Shown piece by piece: positions 50,715 through 61,943 of a DNA stretch of 64,000 nt; the stretch's first letter is position 1; the number at the start of each line of letters is the position of its first letter. A program made the position numbers and the translations under genes. Source of the stretch: Perna viridis (taxonomy: Eukaryota); assembly GCA_037379345.1 (NCBI GenBank), contig CM074512.1, forward strand, positions 48,691,597 to 48,755,596, read 5' to 3'. Below the pieces are notes generated by a model. The model had not been told where the DNA came from. It saw only the letters and a program-made list of their open reading frames with translations, and searched no databases.

Positions 50715-53700
50715 TTAACCAGATTTTGGTTTATAAGCCTTCAGTTGAAGAAAGGAAGAAAATCCAAATATTAATGTCTGGATGGTCCACTTAATAGTTG
50801 AACTGGTACTCAGATTCCTTTCTCTGCAAAAACAGAAAATGAAAACAAGAAGTATATACTGCACAGTATTTCACAGGTAATAATTTTCATGATTTGTGCC
50901 AAAATCAGCTACCCAAATTTAGTTTTTCACCTTTAAATATTTGAAAATGGTCAATTCAGTGTACATTCTAAACATTTCTGTTCATACTGTGATACATGCA
51001 GGGAAAATCTTCAAAATAAGTTCAAGATTCCACAAAAATAGATCCTTACTGTACTAACTTTCTGAGCAAGAACAGTTGGTACTTCAATGATGTAAATGCT
51101 ATACTTTCCCTTAAAACTTAAGATTTCAACATTCAGTATAAGTATATGAAACACTTTTAGTTTTCAATAATTTAACCTCCAATCATTGTCTCAGGACCAC
51201 ATCCGGACATTATTTGCCATTTTTGGTATAATAAAAGGGGGTGCCAACCCCCTGCACACCCTCTTGATCTACCACTGTTGTCTCTACATACATTGTACAA
51301 ATACAAAGTTTGGAATACAGCTGTGCTGCATTTGCAGTATTTGTGTACATTTTTGCATGTATTTTTAATGCCACACCCATAAGCAGAAGTTATCTATATT
51401 TAAAACAATTTTATTGTTTGTTTTCATTGCAGGATAAAAACAATATAAGGGTATTGTTGAAAAAAAAACCTGCATGTGTACCTGGGGTTGGACATGGAAA
51501 ATGCAAAGCCTCAAAATTTGCCCAGTCCTTATAACTGGCTGTTTTTTTTTTTTTACAATATCCGAATATTTTGCATATATCTGTAGTAGTAAAATAATAT
51601 ATATGAGTAGTAAACAGTTGTTTTGATAAATCTATGAAACTTTTTTTTGATAGTTTCATTTTGAATTTTAGTCATTACTATACAGTAGTTACTACCTGTC
51701 AAAAACAACCATGATTTCCATTTGGAAGGCTTATAGAAGGTCATTTATTATTGCCCAAAAATGTATGTTTAAATTACTGTAATTTTTTTTATTTTTTAAG
51801 GTACTTTTTGGCAATTATCGGTTTTCAGATATTTTCTAGTTCACATTATTGAAAGTTACCATATGCTAAATGTTGAATTTGTATTTTATTTTTGTGAAAA
51901 AAATACACCATGAAAATAAGTAAAATTACCATATTTTACAAGCTGTTTTCATTTTCGTCTGGCTGTTTTTAGGTTTTAAGTAAAGTGAAGACAAGGTAGA
52001 ATATTTTCATGTACTGTATATTTAACTTCATAATAATCTAATGATATTTACCTGGCAAGATGAACTGTATAAATAGCTTCTCCAATATGTATCAATACTG
52101 TAGCAACAAATCTATATATAATAATAATTAAAATTCAGGAATCAAGAGATTTATGTGGCCAAGGAAAACAATACATATGTACTAAATACACCTGTTTAAT
52201 TCCAAGACAATTTCTATGTAAAAGGACTTACTGTATATAATATTTTTAATGAGCTAATATAAAAATTTACTGGCAAGGATCATTTTTAAAAGTTTTTGAT
52301 CATATATAACCATGAAAAAAATGTTAATCTCATTATATTCTATGCCTGTAAAATAAATCAAAATTATTGTCAGTAATCTGTTCACTAAAACACAGTAAAA
52401 AAAAATTCTGGTTGGATTATTTCCCTTTACATACTTTCTTTGAAATCCACAACAGCTTTTCTAGAATGTTTCAGTTTCTGTTTGTTTGATCAATAAACTA
52501 TTTGCAACATCTTACTGGTTGGATTGTTCTTCTTGAAAGTAAGAACTATAGGGAAAAAGTGGTTAAAATTTCAGCTTCAGAATGAAGCACTGCACACAAC
52601 TGTGTAAAATTAGACATATGTTATGACCTCATAGTAAATCGAAGTAATGTGACATCATAACTATGGCTAATGTTACGCTTCAGATTTTTTGTGAAATCGA
52701 CCACAGGTCTATACTAAAGGCCCTGAAAACCTGTCTACTAAGTTGTGTTGACAGTGTTCTCCCTTAGATCCTCATAACCCCTGAATTTAAATATAGCACC
52801 TTATCTCTAAAAATTACAGCATAACATATGGGAGGTTCTTTTCAGATAGCATCCTGGTGGAAAATATAGCATCAGAGCAATGTAATGCTACATGTATATG
52901 GCCCTGCAGGGATTACTATTTTGCCAATTAATTACTACACCATTTGGATCACAACATCAAAATTCAATTCAACCTTCCTTTGTTAATAAAAAAAAAAAAA
53001 ACGTGTTATAGCATGCTACATGTAATACTCTTTTTCTTAAAAAATCAAATGTCTAAAACAATCAATTACATGTATTTTATGGTTCTAATTCAGAAGTTCA
53101 AATATGCATTTGAGATCAGAAGGTCTATGACCTTTTAAAATCTGTATGAAAGGTCCACTTGAGGAAAAACAGGTCCTCAATACACTCAATCCTGAACTCC
53201 AGTACCTAGTTAAATGAAATTTAAAAAGTTCTGGGTCAGAAATTAAGGACCCTGGACCTCACACCCACAGTAATTTGAATCCCAGATTGCATACAACTTA
53301 CAGTCCAAATATTCCATTGGGATATGTAGTACCAAGGTAAGTACCCAGCCTTCCAAATGGTCCAAGAATTGTTGGAATAGTTCTGGGACTAAACGCAGAG
53401 GCCTAAAATATATTAATATCACTATAAATGTACAACTGAGCATAAATATTTACTAGAAATCATATTTAAATCAAAATGGAAAATCAATAGACAGCAATAA
53501 AAAGCAATGCAGTACCATATATTTAAGATAGCCATTGACAGTAAAATAAATTCAAAAACAAAATACTTTATAACTTCATAATTTTACAATTAGTGAGCAA
53601 CTAAAAAAATGACTGAAATTTCATTAAACAAACAGCCAATTTTCTCAAATTTCTGGGTTGAAAATAGGGTAATTTTGCTACAAGTTTTTGTAAAAACATT

Positions 53701-55093
53701 GGATGGATTTTGATGAGTGATGTACCAAATTAAATATATACATGTAAAATTGGAGAATGCCAACATAATTTTTTATTTGTTTGAAATAAGAGAAAAGTAA
53801 ATAATTTCCAGTTCAAAATTAGGTCTTTTAAGACAAATGACCAAAAGATTAATAAAGTTTGATTTGTCCTTGAGTGTTTGTGAAAACAGTTGCATCTATT
53901 AAAATGAAATTAACATCAAATGTCATGGTAATGACTTTTTTTAATAAAAGTGCTTTGAATAACAATGAAATGATGATTAAAATTGTACCCATGTCAGGAA
54001 AAAGAAATATCAAAATTTTCAATTTCAAAAACTCTTCTCCAGTAAGCTGTTTATCATTGTGTCTTTCTGCTTGTTTACTACAGATTAAAAGATTAAGAAA
54101 CCTCTTGATGATTGGAGGTTTTTATGGTCTTGACTATCCTTACGGATCTTGCACGACCGCCCCTTATGGGGATTCTGTTAGTAATGCTGGTTAGTAGTAG
54201 AAGGTAGCAGAGCCCAGCCTTCAGGATTCCTGACCGAAGAACTCAGTCAGAATATGTCCAACTAGAGGCTGGGCTGCTGTGTTGACGCTCTGGCCTACTC
54301 CCAGACCCCACGTGGATCCGATAGCGTTTCCCCACTCTAACTGTTTGGGAGTACGTCAATGTGTACAGTGAAGAAACCTCTTTAAAAGGATGTAAATTTT
54401 ATAGCATAATAATTACTTTGAAGTACTTGATCAACAGTTAGAAGTTGACCAATTTCAATAATTTTCCCTAAGACAATTACTGATAACTAATTAGTAATTA
54501 TTGATTTTTAAAGTTAAATTTTGACATTTTTATCATATATTTAGTATTTTGAGGACACACCCTTCCTCATTATTTTCATCATTATAATCAATTTGTGTAT
54601 TTTGCTTAATTTCTCTTTCCCCTACAGGACCCAGTATGCATAAGTCAAATAGAAACCATGTTGGCTATAGGTTTATCCAGTATAAAGACCAGGGAGGCAC
54701 AGTTATTTTTGTACATTATATAGACTTTGTAAGGAGTGGCTATGAAGTCCCTGACTAACAGTTTTTTTTGTATAACATTTGATATATAATAAATTAGACA
54801 TTAAATACAAAGTATACTTCTTTTCGTACAGGTCGATTCTCTCCTCAAATTTTGTAGGACACTTTAAACGGTTGATTTCAAGCATTTTTTCTCATGTTAT
54901 CTGTTTGTTATTGAACTGAAATTCATTTAATCAACGCAAATAGCTTTATACTTTGAGCTTTTCATAAATGTACATTTTTCTACTAACTAAAAGAAAGTAG
55001 CATTAATAAAAAACATACGGTAAGCAAATACAGCCCAAAACCTATGGTTACAACCCAGAAGGGGTTTGGAAACCTAAAAAAGTTGTCACTCAT
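50715..55093 (-). CDS. TMEM254: Transmembrane protein 254 (DUF4499 family), complete 4-exon CDS: 55093-55019, 53402-53302, 52111-52052, 50823-50715; 114 aa
   Basis: Spliced by hand (75+101+60+109 = 345 nt, all GT-AG, in phase): MSDNFFRFPNPFWVVTIGFGLYLLTASAFSPRTIPTILGPFGRLGTYLGTTYPNGIFGLFVATVLIHIGEAIYTVHLARERNLSTSSTIKWTIQTLIFGFSSFLQLKAYKPKSG*. Matches recalled TMEM254 motifs (P..IP...LGP.G; IHxGE..Y; W..QT..FG..S...L.AYK). Confidence 0.9.
54107..54370 (-). mobile_element. 264-bp structured retroposed insertion with 12-bp TSD (SINE or 5'-truncated LINE 3'UTR), in TMEM254 intron 1
   Basis: AAGAAACCTCTT at 54095-54106 and 54371-54382; much higher GC than the flanks; multiple inverted repeats; minus-strand end ...CCAATCATC resembles a short microsatellite tail. 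Confidence 0.7.
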
Positions 55094-55172
55094 TTTGCCT
55101 TCAGTCTTCGTGAAGACGGATCCAGGTAATGGATTTATTCGATTTCCTTCGTAGAGATGTCTAACATTTTTA

Positions 55173-55192
55173 AGTCATGTGATCGTCACGTT
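55173..55192. promoter_or_regulatory. M-box/CLEAR-like E-box pair in the putative TMEM254 promoter
   Basis: AGTCATGTGAT (55173-55183) and GTCACGTT (55185-55192), 80-100 bp upstream of the minus-strand ATG. Confidence 0.4.
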
Positions 55193-56299
55193 ACATGAAG
55201 AGACTAACTTTCGGTATACAATACCGGGCGCGTAACTATTTTTTCGTATGTGACTAAAACATGAAAAATACAAAAATGCCAATCATATAAATATATAATC
55301 AACAAATTAATTGGTAGTCTGTTTGTAAAACACAAGGTAATAAATTAAAAAAAAATGTATAAGACGTTGATCAGGTATCCCAGGGGCCCCTAAAATAGGG
55401 ATTTTTTGGGCATGAAATTTTGATTTTTTTCACAATTTTCGAAACTGCTTCGTTCGGCATTTTATTCTGCCAACACTTACCTGAAATTCTAGATCCGCCC
55501 ATATTTGTTAGTAGCATATTTCGAGATTAAGTACTATGTAGTTTTCGAATCTTCTATTTAAGTCAATCTATGTATTTCAACGTAGACCCGTAACCCTTGA
55601 TTTCAGTCCATTTTGAAAGACAACGTAGGTACTTTCTTAAATTCTAGTGTATTCATGAACAATTTGCAGATATAGATGTGCAGGGATTATACTACGGAAC
55701 CAGTCTTGATAGGACTTTTTTTTATATAAAAAGTTCGTTTTAGTTGAGTTTTATCTTCGTATTGACACAATGTCGACTGAACTATACAAAATATTGCTTA
55801 TCTATGTTTAGATCGTCAAAAAGGCAATGTTAGTATTAATATTTTTTAAGCTCCAAATTCTTTTATTATTTTTGTACATGGCACAATGCTCTAAGATTTC
55901 ATCTTAGACGTAGGGAGCCTCTTGTTTGATTTGAAACTTCGGGTTGATCCAAGATTTCAACTTAGGGGCGGTGTGAATAAAACAAGGTTTCATGCAAAAA
56001 TGGTAGAGAATGGTCAAAACCTAAAGAAGTGTATGTAAAGAAAATTACTACGAATGCTTACATGTAATAAAAGAATTCGAAATCAACGAAAATTCGGGTA
56101 ATCATTTATACGGACTCAGTACGTCCAACAAGAATAAAATCCTATCTTACTACAAGTCATGCATGGGATCGTTGAATATTCCTTCGAGTGAGTAGACTGA
56201 GGACTTACCTTGTCTGTATTGGATTCAGAGACTACTTAAGAATCGGTACAAAGTTACATAGTATGATCATCTACTAGTTCAACAAAAGAGTTGTCTGTA

Positions 56300-56850
56300 T
56301 GATGTGAACGCTTTTTAAGCAAATTATAGGCATTCCAATGGGCACTAATTGTGTTTTCTCATAGCCGATCTTTTTCTCTGTCATATATGAACCGGAGCCT
56401 CCGAATAATGTTAAAGAAGCTAGATCCTTTGATTTCACATTTCGATATACTAGTATTGACAAAATGTTCTCTCCATTAATAATCCTAAATCTGGAGAGTG
56501 GATTCCGTTTCGTTCATTTATCCACCAGAACTAGAATTAGAGCCACTACTGACAGAGCTTACTCTGCGTCATTTTAGACCTTTACATCAAATTCGATAAG
56601 AGGTGTAGTTATCTCAGTACAAAATATATGACAGTTAAAAGAGACAATTATAAATTTCCCTTTCATGAATAGTAATATACCTGCTTCCCAGCACATGGTG
56701 TTTATATTTCAGTTGTAAAGGTATGTCAGAGCATGTAGCCACTATTCCGACTTTTTAATGTGGCAGGGTTAAAAATAAGTCTCACACACTGCTCGAAAGT
56801 TTTATTTCCGATATCCAGATCTTATCGAGGAGTATTCTTCGGATCTTTAT
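56300..56850 (+). mobile_element. Decayed Penelope-like retroelement RT fragment
   Basis: Frameshifted motifs KQIIGIPMGTNC...ADLFL, ARSFDFTFRY(ID), YPPELE, LSTKIYD, INFPFMNSNIPAS, YVRACSHYSDFL. Confidence 0.8.
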
Positions 56851-57773
56851 TCGAAGGCTGATAGTTTCACTTTTTTGCCATTTCCTGCTGGTTTCCATTT
56901 ATGATCACTTGCGGACAGTAGATTATAAATATTCTTGTCAGACAATTGTGATGGAAAGTGTCTAATACTTTTCTTCTTCCATGTTTTACAAGCGTTTAAA
57001 AGGATATATACATTGGATTTGTTGAGTTTTTTCTTGGTATTTCTGTTTATCTGACTGCTGTTCAAATCCTACTTAGTATGAAGAAAGTCGTTCTTGCGTG
57101 CGCAAGTCTCTTCCGGATGTCTTCATTTGTGTCACATATATTGCTGACTGTTGTACTATGATACGTGTAGAGGAAGTTGTTGACATCTCTAACCTCCTTC
57201 AATGGTTGATTGTTCTTTACGTTTAGACGACGTGAATTTAGACGATACAGTTTTGTTTTTGCAGCATTAATTTTCAGTCATGTGAATGTTGTATGACTGT
57301 TAAGACTGTCGAGTTTTCTCTGTGCTTAAGAATAGGGCAATGTCATCTGCAAAGTCTAAATCATAAAATTTATATTGTCCACCTTATCCTTGTGTTGTTT
57401 TCTGCTGTGGTTTGCCTTATCCAATCAATTATGAGAAGAAACAGAAACCCTGATATGTTATACCCTTGCTTAACTCCTACTTTTGATGAAAAAATATTCA
57501 TATATGCCTGTGCCATCAACAACAGAGAATCAATCTTTTGTTTTCATTCATGACTTTGATCGTCTTAATCGGTTTATCTGGAATGCCATTATGTTTCCAT
57601 GATCCCCCATGATCCCCCTTAGCATATCTCAATGAAAACTGACAAAAACTTTCTTAAAGTCAACACAACATACAAACAAACTTGCATTCTATTAAAATTC
57701 CTAACAAATGGTGTTACGAAGCGCACAATTTGCCCAGTCTTTATGTTATTCCACCTTTCTTCTTCATACTGAT

Positions 57774-57830
<57 letters not shown>

Positions 57831-58350
57831 ATACTGCAATGCAATTAACCAGATGAAAAGTGTGTTTTATTTCTTGTGCAATTAATTTGCAAGTTTCGCT
57901 CTTGCAGATGTAATTGATGTGGCATTTCCTATTTTCTGTAAGTTGAAACAAGTTTCTACAAGTTTAAACCTTGTTTTCAATACAATTAGATTGTGGTCAA
58001 AACCAACATCAGCTCCTCTGTGAACTAGTACTCTAACATCTAAAATAGACCTTTTGATCTTACATCTACAATGACATGATCAATTTGGTTATGATGGTTC
58101 CTATTTGGTGATGTCATGTATGCTGATGTGTGTCTTAATGCTGGAACATTGTTGATGTAATTATTAGGTTGTTGGTTGATCAAAATGACATAAACCGTTC
58201 TTCATGATCATTCCTTTCAGAATTTAATCCATTTATAATTATATACAAATAGATTATCTCACTCCTTTTACTTCCAACTTTAGCGTTGAGATCACCTACT
58301 ATGAAAATTATAGACATAGAACTGTTTGACCAATCGCTGGGGACTATGTT
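56850..58350 (-). mobile_element. Decayed, internally deleted RTE-clade LINE (APE endonuclease and RT fragments)
   Basis: Minus-strand motifs VGDLNAKVG (~58275-58300), NQIDHV, RGADVGFDHNL, GIPDK, GVKQG, DLDFADDIAL, and SSQINRNTK...ACKTW. Confidence 0.8.
57776..57829. repeat. (TG)27 microsatellite
   Basis: Perfect dinucleotide run. Confidence 0.98.
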
Positions 58351-58439
58351 TTAAGAAACCACGGGATACTCAGTTACCATCTGGCAGTTACTATCTTGGG
58401 ATGCCCATTTCTGGAACACATTGGTTTACTACATGAAAG

Positions 58440-58959
58440 GCTATAATTGGCAAGGCAAGACGCACTCGGCTTCCTTTTCGTGGCAAGCTGCTATTAACAG
58501 TGAGACTGTATGTGAAAGCAACCAGCAAACATCACAACACCTACACGCTGTGACACACAGTCATTTGATAGACAAAAAAACGTACAATATAGTGAAGAAA
58601 ATGAAGGCCACGCTAACGAATCAGTGTCGTGTGTAGAGCAGAAATACACGCAAAACAGGATTGAACATTAAGCATCTTAAAGAAATTAAAGAAGACAGAA
58701 TTTCGACATTTAAGTAGCCAAATAAATTTTTGATTGTCGTTAAAGTCAACAAAATAAACACAAGAAGAATCCAGTCGTGACGTTCTTTGTGGACAAAATC
58801 CAACAGCAGATTTTTATCAAGACCAGCGTCTTTTTACAGGTTGTTGTTACACAGTTTTTCACTTAAGTTGGAATCCAATTGTGTTTAATTTTCTATAAGG
58901 CCATCTGAATACTTCTTGTCATCGACGTCCAAAATGATTTTTAAGTCACAAATATCCAT
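58440..58959 (-). pseudogene. Possible decayed membrane-protein (rhodopsin-family GPCR-like) exon
   Basis: One frame from ATG 58959, behind a good acceptor (tttttcatttttgacag), broken by four in-frame stops; hydrophilic N-terminus with NLS sequon, then hydrophobic segments WILLVFILLTLTTIKNLFGYL, FFTILYVFLSIK*LCVTACR, VCWLLSHTVSLL. Confidence 0.3.
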
Positions 58960-59230
58960 GTCGTTTGTCCTGTCAAAAATGAAAAAAAAGATTATCTTTG
59001 GTTTTTATATATAAAACAAAAAAAAAAATACTAGTAGTCGTGTTAAGAAACAAGGGGAAGCTACATGTAAGTATGGAAGTTATGGAAAATTATTTTATTA
59101 TTCAAAAACATTTTTAATTGAGTTAATGGGCACACAATCTAAACTTGAACAGTGCTTGAGCGAAAATGGCCACAAAATGTTTAGTGTAGGACAAAAACTA
59201 GGCTAGGTAGGGTTGCAGGAAACAGACATA

Positions 59231-59263
<33 letters not shown>

Positions 59264-60516
59264 TTTGCCTCGTATTAGAACTTATTTTCATATCTACTAT
59301 TTAATCAAAATGTATATCGTTTTTATATTTCTTCATTAATATCATTAGTTATCGGTGTTAAATTGTGGATATTAAATTGAAAAAAATGTCAGGAGACACC
59401 TTCTAGATTAAGCAATCGCTCAACTTTTTGCTATTTTTGTACTGAAATTCTTTAGGGTTACTACATTCACATACCCGTATTATTTGTGTTATCCGAATTT
59501 ATTTTGTCTTAAGCAAGCTGCTTACAACGCATCTTTTTAATTGATTGAGAGAAAATTAGAAACACAATTCTAATCTTTTTAGAATCACATACAAGTTCAT
59601 CGGATGATACAAGTAGTAGTTGAACAGAGTATTTTAGGCAGATCTTACCTATTACACTAAGCATTGTTTTCTGTCATCTTACAAAATTATACAGACATAT
59701 ATTTTCAATGAACTAAAAAAATAAAAATGATGTAAAAACATTATGTTTAAATCATTTTAAAAGAATTTTTGACATTAAAAAAGTGTGGTAAAATTACAAA
59801 CATTAATTGTATAAAACCTCTTTTAAAGGGAGATATTCGGCGGGAAAATGTTCTTAAAATGTAATTGGAATTTTGTTTTCAAATTACAAGAAAAAAAGTT
59901 CAGTGACCCCCATTTTTGTTTATTTTTTTTGAATATGAAAAAATGTCATTTAAGTGTTCTTAACATAAATTTAAAAGAAATTCTAATTATTTTATTTTTG
60001 ATAGTTGGTGAAACACAATCCATATAAAATTGTTGATTCATATTAAACCTTCACCAGAATACAGGGCTTGTCAGAGCTGAGATTAAATATAATTAACAAA
60101 AGCATTATCTTGAGATGTATGCTCGCCCTAGTTATATCAAAACTGCAAATATAAAGTAGCAATATACAGTTTTTTGATATCGTGAAATTTTTATTTCTAA
60201 AATGGTAAATGCAACACTGTTAAGTATCTCGGGATATTTTATTTCCATCATTTTAGCTCTAAATGATAAGTAAAAAAAGAAATGCGAATTTCGTGAAGGG
60301 AGATAATCATTATGGATTTAAGCGTAATTAATTGCATGTACATAAGCAATTTTGGTTCATTTACGAGCTATCAGTTATGAGCAATTGATACAAAAGGACT
60401 AAGATTTCATGGGAGTTTTTCTTAACAGTTATACATTGAAAAATCTATATATTGCTAAAATGCTAATGAACTTAGACCCGAAAAAATTCGGTCAAGTAGT
60501 AGGTCAGACTGTGTCA

Positions 60517-60529
60517 TGACGTCACTTCC
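60517..60529. promoter_or_regulatory. Full CRE palindrome overlapped by an ETS-like core (TGACGTCACTTCC) in the putative TSC22D promoter
   Basis: TGACGTCA at 60517-60524 runs directly into CACTTCC, about 230 bp upstream of the ATG, in a locally CpG-containing region. Confidence 0.55.
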
Positions 60530-60747
60530 CATCATTCGTAGCTGTAATGTCCGCCGTCTAACTTGTACCCAATATCTCAAGTAAGCTTAGCTTGTTTTGT
60601 GACGAATATTAGCCCTAGAGACCCTAATCTGAAAATTTATGAATTAAACATCACTGCAAATGATGGGAGTACAATATTTAACCTATTGTCTCTCACGGAC
60701 AATCAATTTAAGAGCGTACAAAGCCAAAATTAACTGTTATTGAAGCG

Positions 60748-61943
60748 ATGAATATGGCAGCGAACTCCGACAAGATGGCAGTAACTGACAACCAACCAAG
60801 TATTCCCGTTCACAGCTCAGATTCAAGAGAGGACAGCGAAATCAACAAGAATCAAGGTAAACCATTAGTAGACGGTAATTTTAAAAAGAAAGGTACGTTT
60901 AAAATCACAAGCATAACAAAAAGCTACCATGGGCCAGACATGTCAAATGACACTGAGCAAGAAATGGAGCATGATTCACTTGACGACTTAGATGAAACTG
61001 TCGAAAGCCATACAGAAGATGCTAGTTCTGAAATATTAGACATTTCTAAACATACAGATGGAGGGGAGCAAGCCTCTCCCATGGAAGAAGAAACTTCTGA
61101 CCATGCTATACATGTGAACACTCATACCACTGCACATAAAACCGACTTGAGTAGTGGTGTGCATACTGTAAATAAACCAGAGCAAAGTAGTAATGGTAGT
61201 ACTAATGTTAAATCTGAACAAAGTAGTGTAATCAAAGAAAAGCCTGAACAACAAGGTCCACATCCAACTAGGTTTAAAGTAGTTAAAATAGAAACAAGAG
61301 AACCATTTAAGCGTGGGCGTTGGCGTTGTCATGACACATCAGACTTTCCAGCTCCTGAGAAAAGTGATAGTAAGATTTATATTCCTGATTCTAATACCAG
61401 TGGTATGAACTCAATTCACAATGTAGGAGCAGTTGATGATCCTTCAAAAAATCCTGCCAAATCTGCAAATGTGATACAAGGTGAAAGCCATATAGATAAT
61501 TCTATGATCCGACAGTCAACTAATGTTGCCCAACCACAAACTCATTCTTCCAATTTACAGAGTAACATTGCTCAATCTTCACAAACTCATCATATACCTA
61601 GTTCTTTTCATAATGGGACTGGACATTCACAAATGGTTAACTCGTATGCTCCAGGAATGTCGACTATGCAAACAGGTGATACTACTTTTGTTCATGCTGG
61701 TCAGATCCTCAGCACGATACAAAAGGGTACTGGTTTTGTAGATAAAAATGTACACTATAGTTCAGAGCATAAAGACAATGTGATACAAGACACTAAAGAT
61801 CTTGATTCGAACAAGTCAAGGGCAATGGGTGCTAATGTACATCAAGATTCCGGAAATGCTGATGTTCAACAAGGGGCCATACTCACACCACAGTCTGTTG
61901 CTGAAGTTGTTGGAATGATTCCTAGTCCACAAGAGGAAGATAG
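60748..61943 (+). CDS. TSC22D1: TSC22 domain family protein, long isoform (TSC22D1.1/D2/D4, Drosophila BunA-like), first coding exon; 3'-partial
   Basis: ORF carries motif 1 (KKKGTFKITSI; DDLDETVESHTEDASSEILDIS) and motif 2 (TRFKVVKIETREPFKRGRWRC) of long TSC22/BunA isoforms. Donor GAT AG|gtatgt at 61943/61944 (phase 2); the ORF-track tail to 62007 is intron. No TSC-box exon was found in the remaining 2 kb. Paralogue assignment is nominal. Confidence 0.88.

Noticed and set aside
53874-54194. 106-aa plus-strand ORF
   Set aside because: Non-ATG start, antisense within a TMEM254 intron, runs across an insertion boundary, no recognisable motif.
54107-54370. Assignment to a known ribozyme (HDV-like, twister, hammerhead)
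   Set aside because: Partial resemblances exist (UCCACGU loop, pseudoknot-compatible pairings, UAAC...CAAG), but I could not build a canonical P3/P1.1/J4-2, a twister P2, or a CUGANGA/GAAA core by hand.
57619-57951. ORFs with THTHTH / CVCVCV runs
   Set aside because: Translation of the (TG)27 microsatellite inside a dead LINE.
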